Shown here piece after piece: positions 63,871-64,000 of a stretch of DNA of 64,000 nt. The notes under the pieces are model-generated. The model was not told the origin of the DNA. It worked only from the letters and a program-made list of their open reading frames with translations, and ran no database searches. Each line of letters begins with the position of its first letter. The stretch's first letter is position 1. Made by a program: the position numbers and the translations under genes. The DNA is from Tubulanus polymorphus. Taxonomy: Eukaryota; Animalia; Nemertea. Location of the stretch: positions 13,080,050 to 13,144,049 of the forward strand of contig NC_134026.1 in the NCBI RefSeq assembly GCF_964204645.1. Reading direction: 5' to 3'.

Positions 63871-64000
63871 ATCCACAAACCCTGGCATGTAACTGGCTAG
63901 GTAAATGCAAAGACCATGGTACCCCAAGACCTTTAAGTGCGATTCTTAGCACCACCACAGAAAAAGAAAGAATTTTGCAGGCCTTCTTTAAATTAAGTAA

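Overview
AT-rich animal genomic DNA, probably from a marine invertebrate (inferred only from the TE families). It is made almost entirely of nested transposable elements, and I could not recognise a host gene. The centrepiece is an integrated Polinton/Maverick-type virus-like element at 33829-51045. It has ~85-bp terminal inverted repeats (5'-AGTAATAGG...CCTATTACT-3') and a perfect 6-bp target-site duplication (CGCGTT), and it interrupts a Sola-like transposase reading frame. It encodes an RVE integrase with a chromodomain, an A32/FtsK-type packaging ATPase, putative major and minor capsid proteins and several membrane proteins. No protein-primed DNA polymerase or protease is visible. Three unusual features: (i) almost every gene starts at a poxvirus-late-promoter-like motif, T-tract + short spacer + TAAATG; (ii) it carries a zinc-finger-fused ORF resembling poxvirus late transcription factor VLTF3/A2; (iii) it carries a two-motif LAGLIDADG endonuclease remnant. 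Together these suggest a satellite or parasite of a cytoplasmic pox-like/NCLDV helper virus (inference). The window also holds a diverged relic of a related element (~31 kb), an intact 3-exon hAT transposase, several decayed BEL/Pao retrotransposons, piggyBac derivatives, pogo, Tc1 and Sola relics, Helentron-type non-autonomous elements and LINE fragments. All protein family calls are by eye and from memory; no database search was run.
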